DNA of 60,570 bases, filler included. It is 6 parts of 6 records of this genome, joined end to end, with 100 filler letters (N's around TTAATTAATTAA, not from the genome) between each part and the next. Parts side by side here need not be neighbours in the genome. Positions count along the whole stretch, not along the records: positions 32,764 to 40,544 come from DRR723986_13532; positions 40,645 to 51,305 come from DRR723986_13542; 4 more parts are not named here. One strand, given 5' to 3'. The position numbers and the translations under genes were made by a program. The first letter of the stretch is position 1, and each line of letters begins with the position of its first letter. A model generated the notes under the pieces. That model had not been told where the DNA came from, searched no databases, and was given only the letters and a program-made list of their open reading frames with translations. Shown here in pieces: positions 40,037 to 51,405 of the stretch.

Positions 40037-40544
40037 ATGCGCCTGATCCTGATATGTGTTGCGATGCTGGCCCTTTCCGGGCCAGTTTTCGCTCAGCCCT
40101 TGTCGCTTGGGCGGGTCGATGGACCGCCGATCGTCATCCTCAATCAGGAACGATTGTTCTCGGAATCGCTTTTCGGGCAACGCGTTCAGGCAGAGCTGGA
40201 AGAAGCGTCCAGCGCCCTGTCGCGCCAGAACCGAGAACTGGAAGCGGCGTTGCTTGAGGAAGAGCAGTCGCTTACCGAACAGCGCACCACGATGACGGCC
40301 GAGGAGTTCCGACCGCTGGCGGAAGAGTTCGACACACGGGTCGAGGAAATCCGAGCCGTGCAATCGGAACGTTTGCGCCGGCTCAGCGCTCAGGCGGATG
40401 GCGCGGAACAACTGTTCATCGAGTTGACGACACCCATCCTACGGGCCTTGCTGGCAGAGATCGGGGCGGCTGCCGTGCTCGATTCCCGCGTGGTGATCTA
40501 TGTGGCGGAAGGCGGTGACGTCACGGAAATAGCGCTGCGGCGGG
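40037..40544 (+). CDS. OmpH/Skp family chaperone (3' truncated)
   Basis: Signal peptide, LNQERLFSESLFG, coiled coil, position directly after bamA. Confidence 0.85.
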
Positions 40545-40644
40545 NNNNNNNNNNNNNNNNNNNNNNNNNNNNNNNNNNNNNNNNNNNNTTAATTAATTAA
40601 NNNNNNNNNNNNNNNNNNNNNNNNNNNNNNNNNNNNNNNNNNNN
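40545..40644. other. artificial contig spacer
   Basis: 44 N + TTAATTAATTAA + 44 N. Confidence 0.99.
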
Positions 40645-41127
40645 AAGGGCGGCAAGCTGATCGAGGGCATCTTCAAGGGCGAGACCATCAACACGCCGTC
40701 CATGCTCTGTGTCGAAGACTATATCGACGCCCTCAAGTGGGCCGACGGTCTGGGTGGGCTGTCTGGCCTGCGTGCACGCGCTGATGCCAACCTCAAGGTG
40801 CTTGCCGACTGGGCGGAAAAGACCTCCTGGGTCGATTTCCTTGCAGTTGACCCGGCAACGCGGTCGAACACATCCGTCTGCCTCAAGGTCACGGATCCGG
40901 GGATTCTTTCGCTCACAGCAGACCAGCAGGCCGCCTTTGCCAAGGCTCTTGCCGGTACGCTCGACGCTGAAGGCATCGCCTATGACATCGGCGCTTACCG
41001 CGATGCGCCGTCCGGTCTTCGGATCTGGGCCGGCGCGACCGTCGAGACGAGCGATCTTCAGGCCTTGACCCATTGGCTTGACTGGGCATTCCAGTCGGAA
41101 AAAGCGAAGCTGCCCCAGGCTGCCTGA
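40645..41127 (+). CDS. serC: phosphoserine aminotransferase (5' truncated)
   Basis: [21 protein letters not shown] and [16 protein letters not shown] motifs, position upstream of serA. Confidence 0.93.
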   Translation, partial: KGGKLIEGIFKGETINTPSMLCVEDYIDALKWADGLGGLSGLRARADANLKVLADWAEKTSWVDFLAVDPATRSNTSVCLKVTDPGILSLTADQQAAFAKALAGTLDAEGIAYDIGAYRDAPSGLRIWAGATVETSDLQALTHWLDWAFQSEKAKLPQAA

Positions 41128-41205
41128 GCCTGTTCATCCTTCAACGACAAAAGTCCCGGGCGGTGCGCTGCCCGGATCGTTTCTCGTATTCAAGGAGAGG
41201 CTCCA

Positions 41206-42792
41206 ATGGCTCCCAAGGTACTGATTTCCGACAAGCTGTCGGACGCTGCCGTGCAGATCTTCAAGGATCGCGGCATCGACGTGGACTTCCTGCCGGACGT
41301 CGGCAAGGACAAGGAAAAACTGCTGGAGATCATCGGCAAATACGATGGTCTGGCAATCCGTTCGGCCACCAAGGTTACGGAAAAAATTATCGCAGCTGCT
41401 GAAAATCTGAAGGTGATCGGCCGTGCCGGGATCGGCGTCGACAATGTCGACATTCCCAAGGCGACCGCGCGCGGTATCATCGTCATGAACACGCCCTTCG
41501 GCAACGCGATCACCACTGCCGAACATGCCATCTCGATGATGATGGCGGTTGCGCGCCAGATCCCGGCGGCGGATGCCTCGACCCAGGCAGGCAAATGGGA
41601 GAAATCCCGTTTCATGGGCCGTGAACTTACCGGCAAGACGCTAGGGTTGATCGGTTGCGGCAATATCGGTTCTATCGTGGCGGACCGGGCCATCGGCCTG
41701 AAGATGAAAGTGATCGCCTTCGATCCCTTCCTGACGCCGGAAAGAGCCGTTGTGCTAGGTGTCGAGAAAGTCGAGCTTGACGGCCTCTTGTGCCGGTCCG
41801 ACTTCATCACCCTGCACACACCGCTCACCGACAAGACGCGCAACATCATCGATGCCAAGGCCATCGAGAAGATGCGCAAGGGCGCGTATCTGATCAACTG
41901 TGCCCGAGGCGGGCTTGCGGATGAGGCAGCAGTGCGGGCGGCCCTGGACGCGGGCAAACTCGGCGGGGCGGCGTTCGACGTCTTTGTCGAGGAGCCTGCC
42001 AAGGAAAACCTGCTGTTCGGTGCGCCGAACTTCGTCTCGACGCCGCATCTGGGTGCTTCCACCACGGAAGCCCAGGAAAACGTTGCACTGCAGGTGGCAG
42101 AGCAAATGTGCGACTACCTGCTACAGGGCGCAGTCCGCAACGCGCTCAACATGCCGTCCATTACTGCCGAGGAAGCGCCCAAGCTGGTGCCGTTCGTGCG
42201 GTTGGCCGAACAGTTGGGCTCTTTCGCGGGGCAGCTGACAGAGACCGGCATCGAAGGTGTTCGCCTGGAATATGCCGGTGCTGTTGCCGAGATGAACGTG
42301 CAGGCGCTGACTGCAGCTGCCTTGACGGGGCTGCTGACGCCGCTCCTGCAGACGGTCAACATGGTTTCCGCGCCCATCCTTGCCAAGGAACGGGGCATGA
42401 AGATCGAGGAAATCCGCCGCGAAAAAGACGGCGCCTACGAGACATACATGCGCCTTACGGTGATCACCCAGCGTCAGGAACGTTCGGTCGCAGGCACGGT
42501 CTTTGCCGACGGAAAACCGCGGATCATCCAGGTGAAGGGCATCAACATGGAGGCCGAGCTCGGCCCGCAGATGCTTTACATCACCAACGAGGACAAGCCG
42601 GGCTTCATCGGACACCTCGGGATGGAACTCGGCAACAGCGGCGTCAACATCGCGACCTTCCATCTCGGCCGTCTGGCCCCCGGTGACGATGCGATCTGCC
42701 TTGTGGAGGTGGATGGCGACGTGTCTGCGGAGGTTCTGGCACGACTGGAGGCCGTTTCCCACGTCAAGCAGGTCAAGGCCCTGCATTTCTAG
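41206..42792 (+). CDS. serA: D-3-phosphoglycerate dehydrogenase
   Basis: GRAGIGVDNVD, GCGNIG, NCARGG, PHLGAST and a C-terminal ACT domain. Confidence 0.96.
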   Translation: MAPKVLISDKLSDAAVQIFKDRGIDVDFLPDVGKDKEKLLEIIGKYDGLAIRSATKVTEKIIAAAENLKVIGRAGIGVDNVDIPKATARGIIVMNTPFGNAITTAEHAISMMMAVARQIPAADASTQAGKWEKSRFMGRELTGKTLGLIGCGNIGSIVADRAIGLKMKVIAFDPFLTPERAVVLGVEKVELDGLLCRSDFITLHTPLTDKTRNIIDAKAIEKMRKGAYLINCARGGLADEAAVRAALDAGKLGGAAFDVFVEEPAKENLLFGAPNFVSTPHLGASTTEAQENVALQVAEQMCDYLLQGAVRNALNMPSITAEEAPKLVPFVRLAEQLGSFAGQLTETGIEGVRLEYAGAVAEMNVQALTAAALTGLLTPLLQTVNMVSAPILAKERGMKIEEIRREKDGAYETYMRLTVITQRQERSVAGTVFADGKPRIIQVKGINMEAELGPQMLYITNEDKPGFIGHLGMELGNSGVNIATFHLGRLAPGDDAICLVEVDGDVSAEVLARLEAVSHVKQVKALHF

Positions 42793-42906
42793 AATGGCTG
42801 GCGTTCGACGGAACGCCCGCTGATCCGCTATCCGGTCAAAAAGGGTGCGTGCCCCTAATCGCGCCTTCCGGATGTACGTCAGGTGCAGCCCAAGTTCCTG
42901 GCGCTT

Positions 42907-42940
42907 GAGCCTTCTGCCTTTTGCAGAAGGCTCCTTTTTT
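42907..42940 (+). terminator. intrinsic terminator
   Basis: GAGCCTTCTGC-N5-GCAGAAGGCTC-CTTTTTT. Confidence 0.85.
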
Positions 42941-42950
42941 CCCGAACCGA

Positions 42951-43847
42951 TCAGACTGCCGGCGCGCGGCGCTTTTTGAGGATGCGTCCGTCAAGAACGA
43001 CGAGGCCTGCCAGCAGTACGGCAAATCCGCCAAGCTGAAGCACGCCCAGATTTTCTCCCAGGATCAGCCAGCCGAAGAAGAGAGCGCTTGCCGGCACAAG
43101 GAGCGTGACCAGCGAAGCGTTGGTCGCGCCGGCTTCGGCCAAAATCTGGAAATAGATCAGGTAGGCAAGGGCGGTTGCCAATACGCCGAGCGCGAGCACA
43201 TTGAGCCAGGCCGTCAGGCTGGGATCGGCCATGGTCCAGTTACCGGCAGTCAGAAGAGCGACCGGCAGCATGAGGGTGGTCGAGCCGAGCAACTGACCCG
43301 TTGCCGTCACTTGCGGCGGCAACGTCTTGAAGCGGCGGGCGAAGGTCGCCGCGCAGGCATAGGAGATCGCGGCACCCAGACAGCAAAGCTGTGCCCACAA
43401 CGGGTCGCTCGCAAGGCCCGACAGGCTGCTCCACAACATGATGGCGACCCCTGCAACACCCAGCACCACACCGGCAATCCTGTTGCCCTGAAGCGTTTCC
43501 TGTTTCGTCAGCAGACCAGCCACGATCACCGTGAAGACAGGCGTCGTCGCATTCAGGATGGATGCGAGGCCCGCACCGATTTCTGTCTGTCCGAGAAACA
43601 GGAGAGAGAAGGGAATGGCGTTGTTCAGCAGTCCCATGACCAGAAACGGCACGGCATATTTTTTCTCCAGCCGGTTCAACATGCCACGATGCCAAAGGAT
43701 CATCAGCAGGACGGTGCAGGCAATGGAAACACGCAGGAATACGAGAACAAACGGCGGAATTTCGGCAACGGCCACCTTTGCGAACAAAAAGGACCCGCCC
43801 CAGATGGCGCCAAGGACGGTCAGCATGATCCAGTTACGAAGCGGCAT
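42951..43847 (-). CDS. DMT/EamA family transporter
   Basis: IWGGSF, NNAIPFSL, GLASILNATTP and GATNASLVTLLVP motifs. Start trimmed to MPLRNW. Confidence 0.9.
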   Translation of the reverse strand: MPLRNWIMLTVLGAIWGGSFLFAKVAVAEIPPFVLVFLRVSIACTVLLMILWHRGMLNRLEKKYAVPFLVMGLLNNAIPFSLLFLGQTEIGAGLASILNATTPVFTVIVAGLLTKQETLQGNRIAGVVLGVAGVAIMLWSSLSGLASDPLWAQLCCLGAAISYACAATFARRFKTLPPQVTATGQLLGSTTLMLPVALLTAGNWTMADPSLTAWLNVLALGVLATALAYLIYFQILAEAGATNASLVTLLVPASALFFGWLILGENLGVLQLGGFAVLLAGLVVLDGRILKKRRAPAV

Positions 43848-44158
43848 TGCACGATCTCTGATTGAGTGATGTTTCTCAGGTAGCACCCCACCGGAAGGAA
43901 GAACACCCGAAACGCGAGCAGAGGACCTTGTGAGGATGGGGCGTGATGCTTTGGGGCGCCCCTTTTTCGTCGGGCCGCCAAGACTGGTGAGGTGAAGGTG
44001 GGCATAGTCTGGGCTGCCTTCCTGCTTTCGACGACGAATTGCGGCCGCCTGTCCGTTTTGTCTGTGCAAGCGTCGGTCCTGGGCTTGCGCAGTCGGTTCA
44101 CTCCGGCAACAGTATCGAGGCCGCGTTTTCTTCGGCTGCTCGGAAGAGTTCTTCATTC

Positions 44159-45430
44159 ATGACCCAGGTTGCCCCCGCAGCGGATTCCAGATCGCTTGCC
44201 GGACGTTTGACACCGTTGCTGGTTGCTGCCGCTTGCCTCCTGGGTGCGAACGGACTTTCCGTGACGATGATTTCGGTGCGTGCCAAATCGGAAGGCATGT
44301 CCGATGCGCTCATCGGGTTGCTGGGGTCGTGCTATTTCGGCGGCATGATCGTCGGTGTGCTGCTGACACCGTTTCTGATCACGCGGGCAGGGCACATTCG
44401 CGTCTTTTCCACGCTGGCTGCAATCAGCGCCATCGCCATTCTGGCGATTGCCTTCACACCCGCCGGCTGGCTCTGGATGGTCGTGCGTCTGGTGAGCGGG
44501 GCGGCTTTTTGCGGCACGACGATGGTTCTGGAGAGCTGGCTCAATTCCATCGCCACCAATTCGTCCCGCGGGCGGATCCTTTCCGTCTACCGGATAGTCG
44601 ACATGATCGCCGTCATGGGTAGCCAGTTCATGCTGCCCGCGTTCGGTCCGCTTGGTCCGGATATTCTGATCGTTCTGGCCATCCTGTTCTGTTTCGCGCT
44701 GGTGCCGATCTCCCTGACAAGTGAGCGCAATCCCGCCGCGCCGCCCGCGCGGTTCTTCGATCCGCTCATGTTGTGGCGCGTGTCTCCGGTCGCCCTTGTC
44801 GCGGTCTTCACCATCGGCCTTACCAACGGTGCGTTCCGCATGGTTGGCCCGGTTTATGCGGAAGGAATTGGACTGGGGCTTGAAACGGTTGCCGCGTTCA
44901 TCGCGATCTGGGTCTTTGCCGGGGCAATCTTCCAGTATCCCGCAGGCTGGCTGTCCGACCGGCTCGACCGGCGTGTCGTGCTCGGTGTCTTTACCGTCGG
45001 TGCCGGGCTTGCCTGTCTCTTTATATCGGGGTCTTCGACCCGGCTGGAGCTTTTTGCAGGCGTCTTCCTGTTTGGCGGATTTGCCCTGCCGCTCTATTCG
45101 CTTTGTGCGGCCCATGCCAACGACAACGCCGAGCCGGGGCAATTCATCGATGTGGTGGCGGGGCTCACGCTTGCCTATGGCGTGGGCGCAATGGCGGGGC
45201 CGTTCATTGCCTCACTGGTGATGGAGCAATTCGGCCCCTCGGCCTTCTTCCTCTATACCGCCACACTGCACCTGTCGCTCGTGGTGTTCATCTTCGCGCG
45301 GATCGTCAGCCGGGACGCTGTTCCTGCAAGCAAGCGGCATCGCTTTGTCTGGCTGCTGCGCACGTCGCCGATGATTTTCAGGCTTGCGCGCAACGACAAG
45401 CCGGATGCAAGTGAACCGCCGGCTAAATAA
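44159..45430 (+). CDS. MFS transporter (YcaD-like)
   Basis: AGHIRVF, ESWLN, GWLSDRLDRR and AHAND motifs. Confidence 0.88.
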   Translation: MTQVAPAADSRSLAGRLTPLLVAAACLLGANGLSVTMISVRAKSEGMSDALIGLLGSCYFGGMIVGVLLTPFLITRAGHIRVFSTLAAISAIAILAIAFTPAGWLWMVVRLVSGAAFCGTTMVLESWLNSIATNSSRGRILSVYRIVDMIAVMGSQFMLPAFGPLGPDILIVLAILFCFALVPISLTSERNPAAPPARFFDPLMLWRVSPVALVAVFTIGLTNGAFRMVGPVYAEGIGLGLETVAAFIAIWVFAGAIFQYPAGWLSDRLDRRVVLGVFTVGAGLACLFISGSSTRLELFAGVFLFGGFALPLYSLCAAHANDNAEPGQFIDVVAGLTLAYGVGAMAGPFIASLVMEQFGPSAFFLYTATLHLSLVVFIFARIVSRDAVPASKRHRFVWLLRTSPMIFRLARNDKPDASEPPAK

Positions 45431-45713
45431 TCTGCCGTCGCGACATTGCCGCAAATGCAGTCTAATCCGGGAAAAGTCCGTTCAGGTGCACGTCATGACT
45501 GGTCAATTGTCACAGGGGTGACCGGGCCGATCAGGAGAGCTGGCAAAAAAACCTGCTTTTGGCTCTCAATCTCCCTGCGGAGACTCGCATGAGCAGGGAA
45601 ACCTGTCTATAGTCCGCGCCGTTTGCCCCGGTCCGGTTGCCGGGGCTTGTCGTGTTGGCGCCCCGGACAAGTTTCGGATGGTGCGGAAGCTGCTTCAGGA
45701 GAGCAAAGTCTAG

Positions 45714-47006
<1,293 letters not shown>

Positions 47007-47270
47007 GATCTGTGACGTTAGAAGCACATTATTAAGGACTGCGGTTGCGTGCCGCGAATCACCGCACGCAACCACCTTTCGTTTTCGGCGTTCCATGTGT
47101 GTGCCGAACAAACAATCTGTGTTAGGAAAAGGGTACTGCGAGGTTCTCTGTCGCGGCGAAGTTATTGAAGAAATAGCACCGGTTTTCGAAAAACTTGCTA
47201 TAAGCCTGAGAATGAAACGAAATCTCGGGCCCGCAGAACAGATCCTTGCAGTCGGCCGGTAGGCAGGAAG

Positions 47271-49043
47271 ATGGCTGATTACTATTCAATTCTGAAGAAA
47301 ACGATCGCGTCTTTACCTGAAAACAATGGTGCTGCACGCAGAAGCGTTTACAGCCGTGCGCGCAATGCCATCGTCAATCAGCTGAAAGCCTATGAGCCGC
47401 CGCTGGCGCCGTCCGAGATCACGGCCGAGCAGCTGCGTCTGGAAGAAGCTATTCGCAAGGTGGAAGCCGAAGCCGCCCGCGAAAGCCTCGGTCTCAGCCC
47501 CACTGTTCCGAAGGTCGAAACGCCGACCCCGGCGCCGCAGGTTTCCGCGCCGCCCGTGACACCGCCTCCGGCTGAGCCGGTGGCAGAGGCTGCGCCGGAA
47601 GCGCCTGCGCCTGCACCACAGGAACCTGAAACAACTGCAGCACCGGTGGTGGATACCCCGGCTCCGTCGCCCTTGAAGGAAACCCTGACACAGGCCGAAG
47701 CGCTTGGCACCGCGGCCAGCCAGGCTGTTCACCACGCCAAGGAAGCTGCCGACCCGGGCACTGCGCCTGTGCGCCAGGAGCCCTCTTTCGGCGGACCTGT
47801 GCAGCCGGAACAGACAGACGATGGCCTGTTCGAGCCTGCAGATACCGCCGGTGCGGCCGATCCCGCCGACCAGGTTTATCCAGGCGAGGAAACAGCCAAG
47901 CCGAAGGACAAGTCGGCCTCCAAGAAAAGCCGCTCCAAGCGCGCCAAGCCGAGTGCTTCGGATGCGCTGCGCGGTGATTCATCCGGCAGCCGCACCGTTC
48001 CGATCGTCATTGCTGCGGGTGTCCTGTTGCTGGTGCTCCTGGGCGCCGGAGCCTATTTCCTGATGCCTGCGGGCGATGAGACAGCCGATAGCGGCAACGT
48101 GCCGGTCGCGTCTTCTTCGCAAACGCCTGTCGATACGCAGCGGGACACCACGCCGGAGCCTTCGACCGCTGCCCCTGCCGGAGAAGGTGAAGAGCCTTCG
48201 AAAAACACCGACCGCCTGTTGAACGAAGGCGAGACGGATGTGGTTGCCCCGGATGCACGTACGGTAACCACGACGACGATTACCGGACAGTCTGATTCGC
48301 CGGCGCCGGCCGATACACCGCAGGTCGATACACCAGCTTCCGCTGCGCCCGAACCTTCTCAGCCGTCCATCGTGACGAGCGGAGAAAACGATCAGTCTTC
48401 TGCGACCACCGAGAGCCCGATTGCGGTGCCGGAAGATAATCTCTCGGCCATTTCGCCAGACGAAACTTCACCGGCTCCGTCCGCGACGGCTGCGGATTCC
48501 TCGGTGCAGCGCTCCATCCTTTACGAGGAAGGGGAAGAGTCCGGTGGTGCCGGAACGGCTGCGCAAGGCGCTGTCGTTTGGGGTGTCGATGAAGAAACGA
48601 ATCTGGACGGCAAGGCTCTCGCGGTTCTGAGCGCCTCCATCGAAATCCCCGAGCGGGATGTGAAGGTCGACATTCGCATCAAGCCGAATGACGATACTTC
48701 CTTGCCCGCCAGCCATCTGGTCGAGATCAAGTACGAGTTCCCGGAAAACTTCGCTCCAGGTGACGTCGTCAACGTGCCAGGCCTGGTCATGAAGCCTACG
48801 GAAGAAGCTCGTGGCGATGCGCTGATCGGCGCTTCCGTGAAAGTGTCTCCGGGCTTTTTCTGGATTGCCCTTTCCAGCTTGCCGAACGAGCAGCAACGCA
48901 ATCTCGCCCTGCTGCGTGAACGTGGCTGGATCGACATTCCGATGCTTTACGAAAACGGCAAGCGCGGCATCCTGACCCTGGAAAAGGGAACCGCCGGTGC
49001 AGATGCCGTTGAAAAGGCGATCACGTCCTGGCAAGCCGGCTAA
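47271..49043 (+). CDS. conserved Hyphomicrobiales bitopic membrane protein (possible RgsA-like)
   Basis: Helical N-terminus (RRSVYSRARNA...LEEAIRKVE), Pro/Ala-rich linker, one TM helix, conserved C-terminus (ILYEE, N.D..LPASH, FWIAL, LTLEKG). Lies next to purA. Confidence 0.65.
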   Translation: MADYYSILKKTIASLPENNGAARRSVYSRARNAIVNQLKAYEPPLAPSEITAEQLRLEEAIRKVEAEAARESLGLSPTVPKVETPTPAPQVSAPPVTPPPAEPVAEAAPEAPAPAPQEPETTAAPVVDTPAPSPLKETLTQAEALGTAASQAVHHAKEAADPGTAPVRQEPSFGGPVQPEQTDDGLFEPADTAGAADPADQVYPGEETAKPKDKSASKKSRSKRAKPSASDALRGDSSGSRTVPIVIAAGVLLLVLLGAGAYFLMPAGDETADSGNVPVASSSQTPVDTQRDTTPEPSTAAPAGEGEEPSKNTDRLLNEGETDVVAPDARTVTTTTITGQSDSPAPADTPQVDTPASAAPEPSQPSIVTSGENDQSSATTESPIAVPEDNLSAISPDETSPAPSATAADSSVQRSILYEEGEESGGAGTAAQGAVVWGVDEETNLDGKALAVLSASIEIPERDVKVDIRIKPNDDTSLPASHLVEIKYEFPENFAPGDVVNVPGLVMKPTEEARGDALIGASVKVSPGFFWIALSSLPNEQQRNLALLRERGWIDIPMLYENGKRGILTLEKGTAGADAVEKAITSWQAG

Positions 49044-49128
49044 GCGCCAGCCTGCCTCCTTTCAAAATCTGAAGAAGCCGCCTCACGGTGGCTTGCCTTT
49101 TTCCGTCACACAAGGCATGGTCCGCCTT

Positions 49129-49218
49129 GGTCCGAGGGGTGTTCCGGTTACCGGAGCTGAGATGGCGTAATGCCGAACCCTTAGAACCTGATCCGGGTCA
49201 TGCCGGCGAAGGGACGGA
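49129..49218 (+). ncRNA. TPP riboswitch (thi-box)
   Basis: GGGGTG...GCTGAGA...ACCCTTAGAACCTGATCCGGGTCATGCCGGCGAAGGGA, upstream of thiamine-precursor ABC genes. Confidence 0.95.
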
Positions 49219-49280
49219 ATCCTTAGCCTATTCCCGGATCTCCATTGTCATTTTCGGCTTGTCCGAAGACGGGAGATCCT

Positions 49281-49382
49281 ATGCGTACTTGTCTGCGACC
49301 ACTGCGGTCGCCGCACATCCGAATGCCGGTATCGGCTTTCATGCGTTCCTGTTGGCCAATGGCGGCGGGGACTGCGGGATGA
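49281..49382 (+). CDS. 33-aa ORF behind the riboswitch-sequestered RBS (leader or gene relic)
   Basis: GGGAG RBS at 49271 and ATG at 49281. The TGA at 49380-49382 overlaps the permease ATG (ATGA). Confidence 0.45.
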   Translation: MRTCLRPLRSPHIRMPVSAFMRSCWPMAAGTAG

Positions 49383-50134
49383 TGGCGTTTGCGAAAGCTG
49401 TTGCCAGGACCATACTCGGCCTGCTGCTGACTGTCGTTATCTGGGCGGCAATCGTCCATGTGTTCGACACCCAGCATTATATCCTGCCGGGTCCGGACCG
49501 CGTCTTTACAGCCTTTGTCAAACACGCAGGCTTCCTTCTGCATCATGCCGGCATCACCGCCTATGAGACGGTGCTCGGGTTTGTGCTGGGGGCAGCCGCC
49601 GGGGCATTGCTTTCCGTTCTTTTGTGGCTGTTTCCGATTGCTGCAAGGTTCGCCATGCCGCCCATTCTGGTGACGCAGGCCCTGCCTGTTTTCGCAATCG
49701 CGCCGATCCTGGTGCTTTGGCTCGGTTTCGGGCTGGCCTCCAAGATCGTCGTCATCATCCTGGTCATCTTCTTCACGGTCACATCGACGTTTTTCGATGG
49801 CCTGCAGCGGCTTGACCCGGGTTTGTGCGATCTCGCCCGGCTTTATCGTCTGTCTCGCCTGAAGGAACTCTGGTTCTTTCGCCTGCCGTCAGGCTTGCCG
49901 GCGTTTGCCTCCGGCTTGCGGGTGGCCGCGGTGTTCGCTCCCATGGGGGCGATCATCGGCGAATGGGCCGGGGCAAAAGGAGGCCTTGCCTTCATCATGC
50001 TTCAAAGCAGCAACCGGATGCAGGCGGACATGATGTTCGCCGCCCTGATCCTGCTCGCGGCGATGGTGCTGATCATGCGCTTTGCCGTGAACCATCTCAC
50101 CCGACTTCTTGTTCCCTGGCAGCCGCTCACCTAG
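49379..50134 (+). CDS. ABC permease, thiamine-precursor (ThiX-like)
   Basis: YILPGP, QALPVFAIAP and GAIIGEWAG motifs of SsuC/TauC-type permeases, under TPP riboswitch. Confidence 0.87.
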   Translation: MMAFAKAVARTILGLLLTVVIWAAIVHVFDTQHYILPGPDRVFTAFVKHAGFLLHHAGITAYETVLGFVLGAAAGALLSVLLWLFPIAARFAMPPILVTQALPVFAIAPILVLWLGFGLASKIVVIILVIFFTVTSTFFDGLQRLDPGLCDLARLYRLSRLKELWFFRLPSGLPAFASGLRVAAVFAPMGAIIGEWAGAKGGLAFIMLQSSNRMQADMMFAALILLAAMVLIMRFAVNHLTRLLVPWQPLT

Positions 50135-50156
50135 CTGCCGCTCTACGGAGGACCTC

Positions 50157-51098
50157 ATGAAAAAACAAATCCTGTCACTCGCATTGGCGGCCGGGCTGCT
50201 GGCATCGGGGCCGGTACAGGCCAGTGAGAAACTGACCTTGCTGCTCGACTGGTTCATCAATCCGGATCACGCGCCGCTTGTAACTGCGCAGACCAAGGGT
50301 TTCTTCGAGGCAGAAGGCCTCGAGGTTGAGATCATCGAACCGGCGGACCCGGCAATGCCGCCGAAACTGGTTGCTGCCGGGCAGGGCGATATCGCGGTGT
50401 CCTATCAGCCGACGCTACATGCGCAAATCGAGGAAGAGCTGCCGCTGAAATGGATCGGTACGCTGGTGGAAACGCCCCTCAATTCTCTCATCGTGCTCAA
50501 GGACGGCCCGATACAGGAACTGAAGGACCTCAAGGGCAAGAGTGTCGGCTTTTCCGTTTCCGGCTTCGAGGACGCGATGCTGGGCCAGATGCTGCGTTCA
50601 GCCGGTTTGACCATGGATGATGTCGAGCTGGTGAACGTGAATTTCGCGTTGTCAGGCTCTCTGCTTGCCGGTCAGGTGGATGCGGTGATCGGCGCATATC
50701 GCAATTTCGAGCTCACCCAGCTCGAAATCGAAGGCAAACCCGGCAAGGCTTTCTTCCCGGAAGAAAACGGTGTGCCGATCTTTGATGAGCTGATCTATGT
50801 CGTCAACAAGGACAAGACGGACGATCCACGCTTCGCCAAGTTCCTGGCAGCCGTGGAAGCGGCCACCATCTATCTGAGCAATCACCCGGAAGAAGCCTGG
50901 AATGCCTTCATAGAAGCGTATCCGAACCTCAATGACGAGCTGAACAGGCGTGCATGGTTCGATACGTTGCCGCGGTTCGCCAAGCGTCCGGCTGCACTTG
51001 ATGAAGGCCGCTACCAGCGCTTTGCGGAATTCATGGCCGAAGCCGGTCTGATCAGCAAGGTCGTGCCGGTGGAGAGCTACACAGCCGAAATTCGCTGA
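50157..51098 (+). CDS. ABC substrate-binding protein, NMT1/THI5 family (ThiY-like)
   Basis: Signal peptide, LDWFINPDHAP, VSYQP and YRNFE motifs. Confidence 0.9.
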   Translation: MKKQILSLALAAGLLASGPVQASEKLTLLLDWFINPDHAPLVTAQTKGFFEAEGLEVEIIEPADPAMPPKLVAAGQGDIAVSYQPTLHAQIEEELPLKWIGTLVETPLNSLIVLKDGPIQELKDLKGKSVGFSVSGFEDAMLGQMLRSAGLTMDDVELVNVNFALSGSLLAGQVDAVIGAYRNFELTQLEIEGKPGKAFFPEENGVPIFDELIYVVNKDKTDDPRFAKFLAAVEAATIYLSNHPEEAWNAFIEAYPNLNDELNRRAWFDTLPRFAKRPAALDEGRYQRFAEFMAEAGLISKVVPVESYTAEIR

Positions 51099-51184
51099 GG
51101 GGTTGAAGGAACGTTGCCAAGGACAAGACGGCGCTGGAGCCAGTCTCCAGCGCTTCTGACCACCGGCAAAGAAGCTCCCTCTCT

Positions 51185-51305
51185 CCGTCGTCACCCCGGC
51201 CAAGCGTAGCGCGAGCCGGGGCCGGGGAGGCGGAAGTCTCTGTGATTGTCTGTGGTTTTCAGGCGATGGCTTCCGGGCTCTCCGATCCCGGATCTTCGCT
51301 GCGCT
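51185..51305. repeat. Hyphomicrobiales-type palindromic dispersed repeat (truncated at contig end)
   Basis: CCGTCGTCACCCCGGCCAAGCGTAGCGCGAGCCGGGG left arm and ATCCCGGATCTTCGCTGCGCT right arm cut at the contig break. Confidence 0.7.
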
Positions 51306-51405
51306 NNNNNNNNNNNNNNNNNNNNNNNNNNNNNNNNNNNNNNNNNNNNTTAATTAATTAANNNNNNNNNNNNNNNNNNNNNNNNNNNNNNNNNNNNNNN
51401 NNNNN
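51306..51405. other. artificial contig spacer
   Basis: 44 N + TTAATTAATTAA + 44 N. Confidence 0.99.

Noticed and set aside
43820-44005. Possible leader peptide (MPTFTSPVLAARRKRG...) overlapping the DMT start
   Set aside because: No clear RBS, attenuator or amino-acid run, so it cannot be told from a chance ORF.
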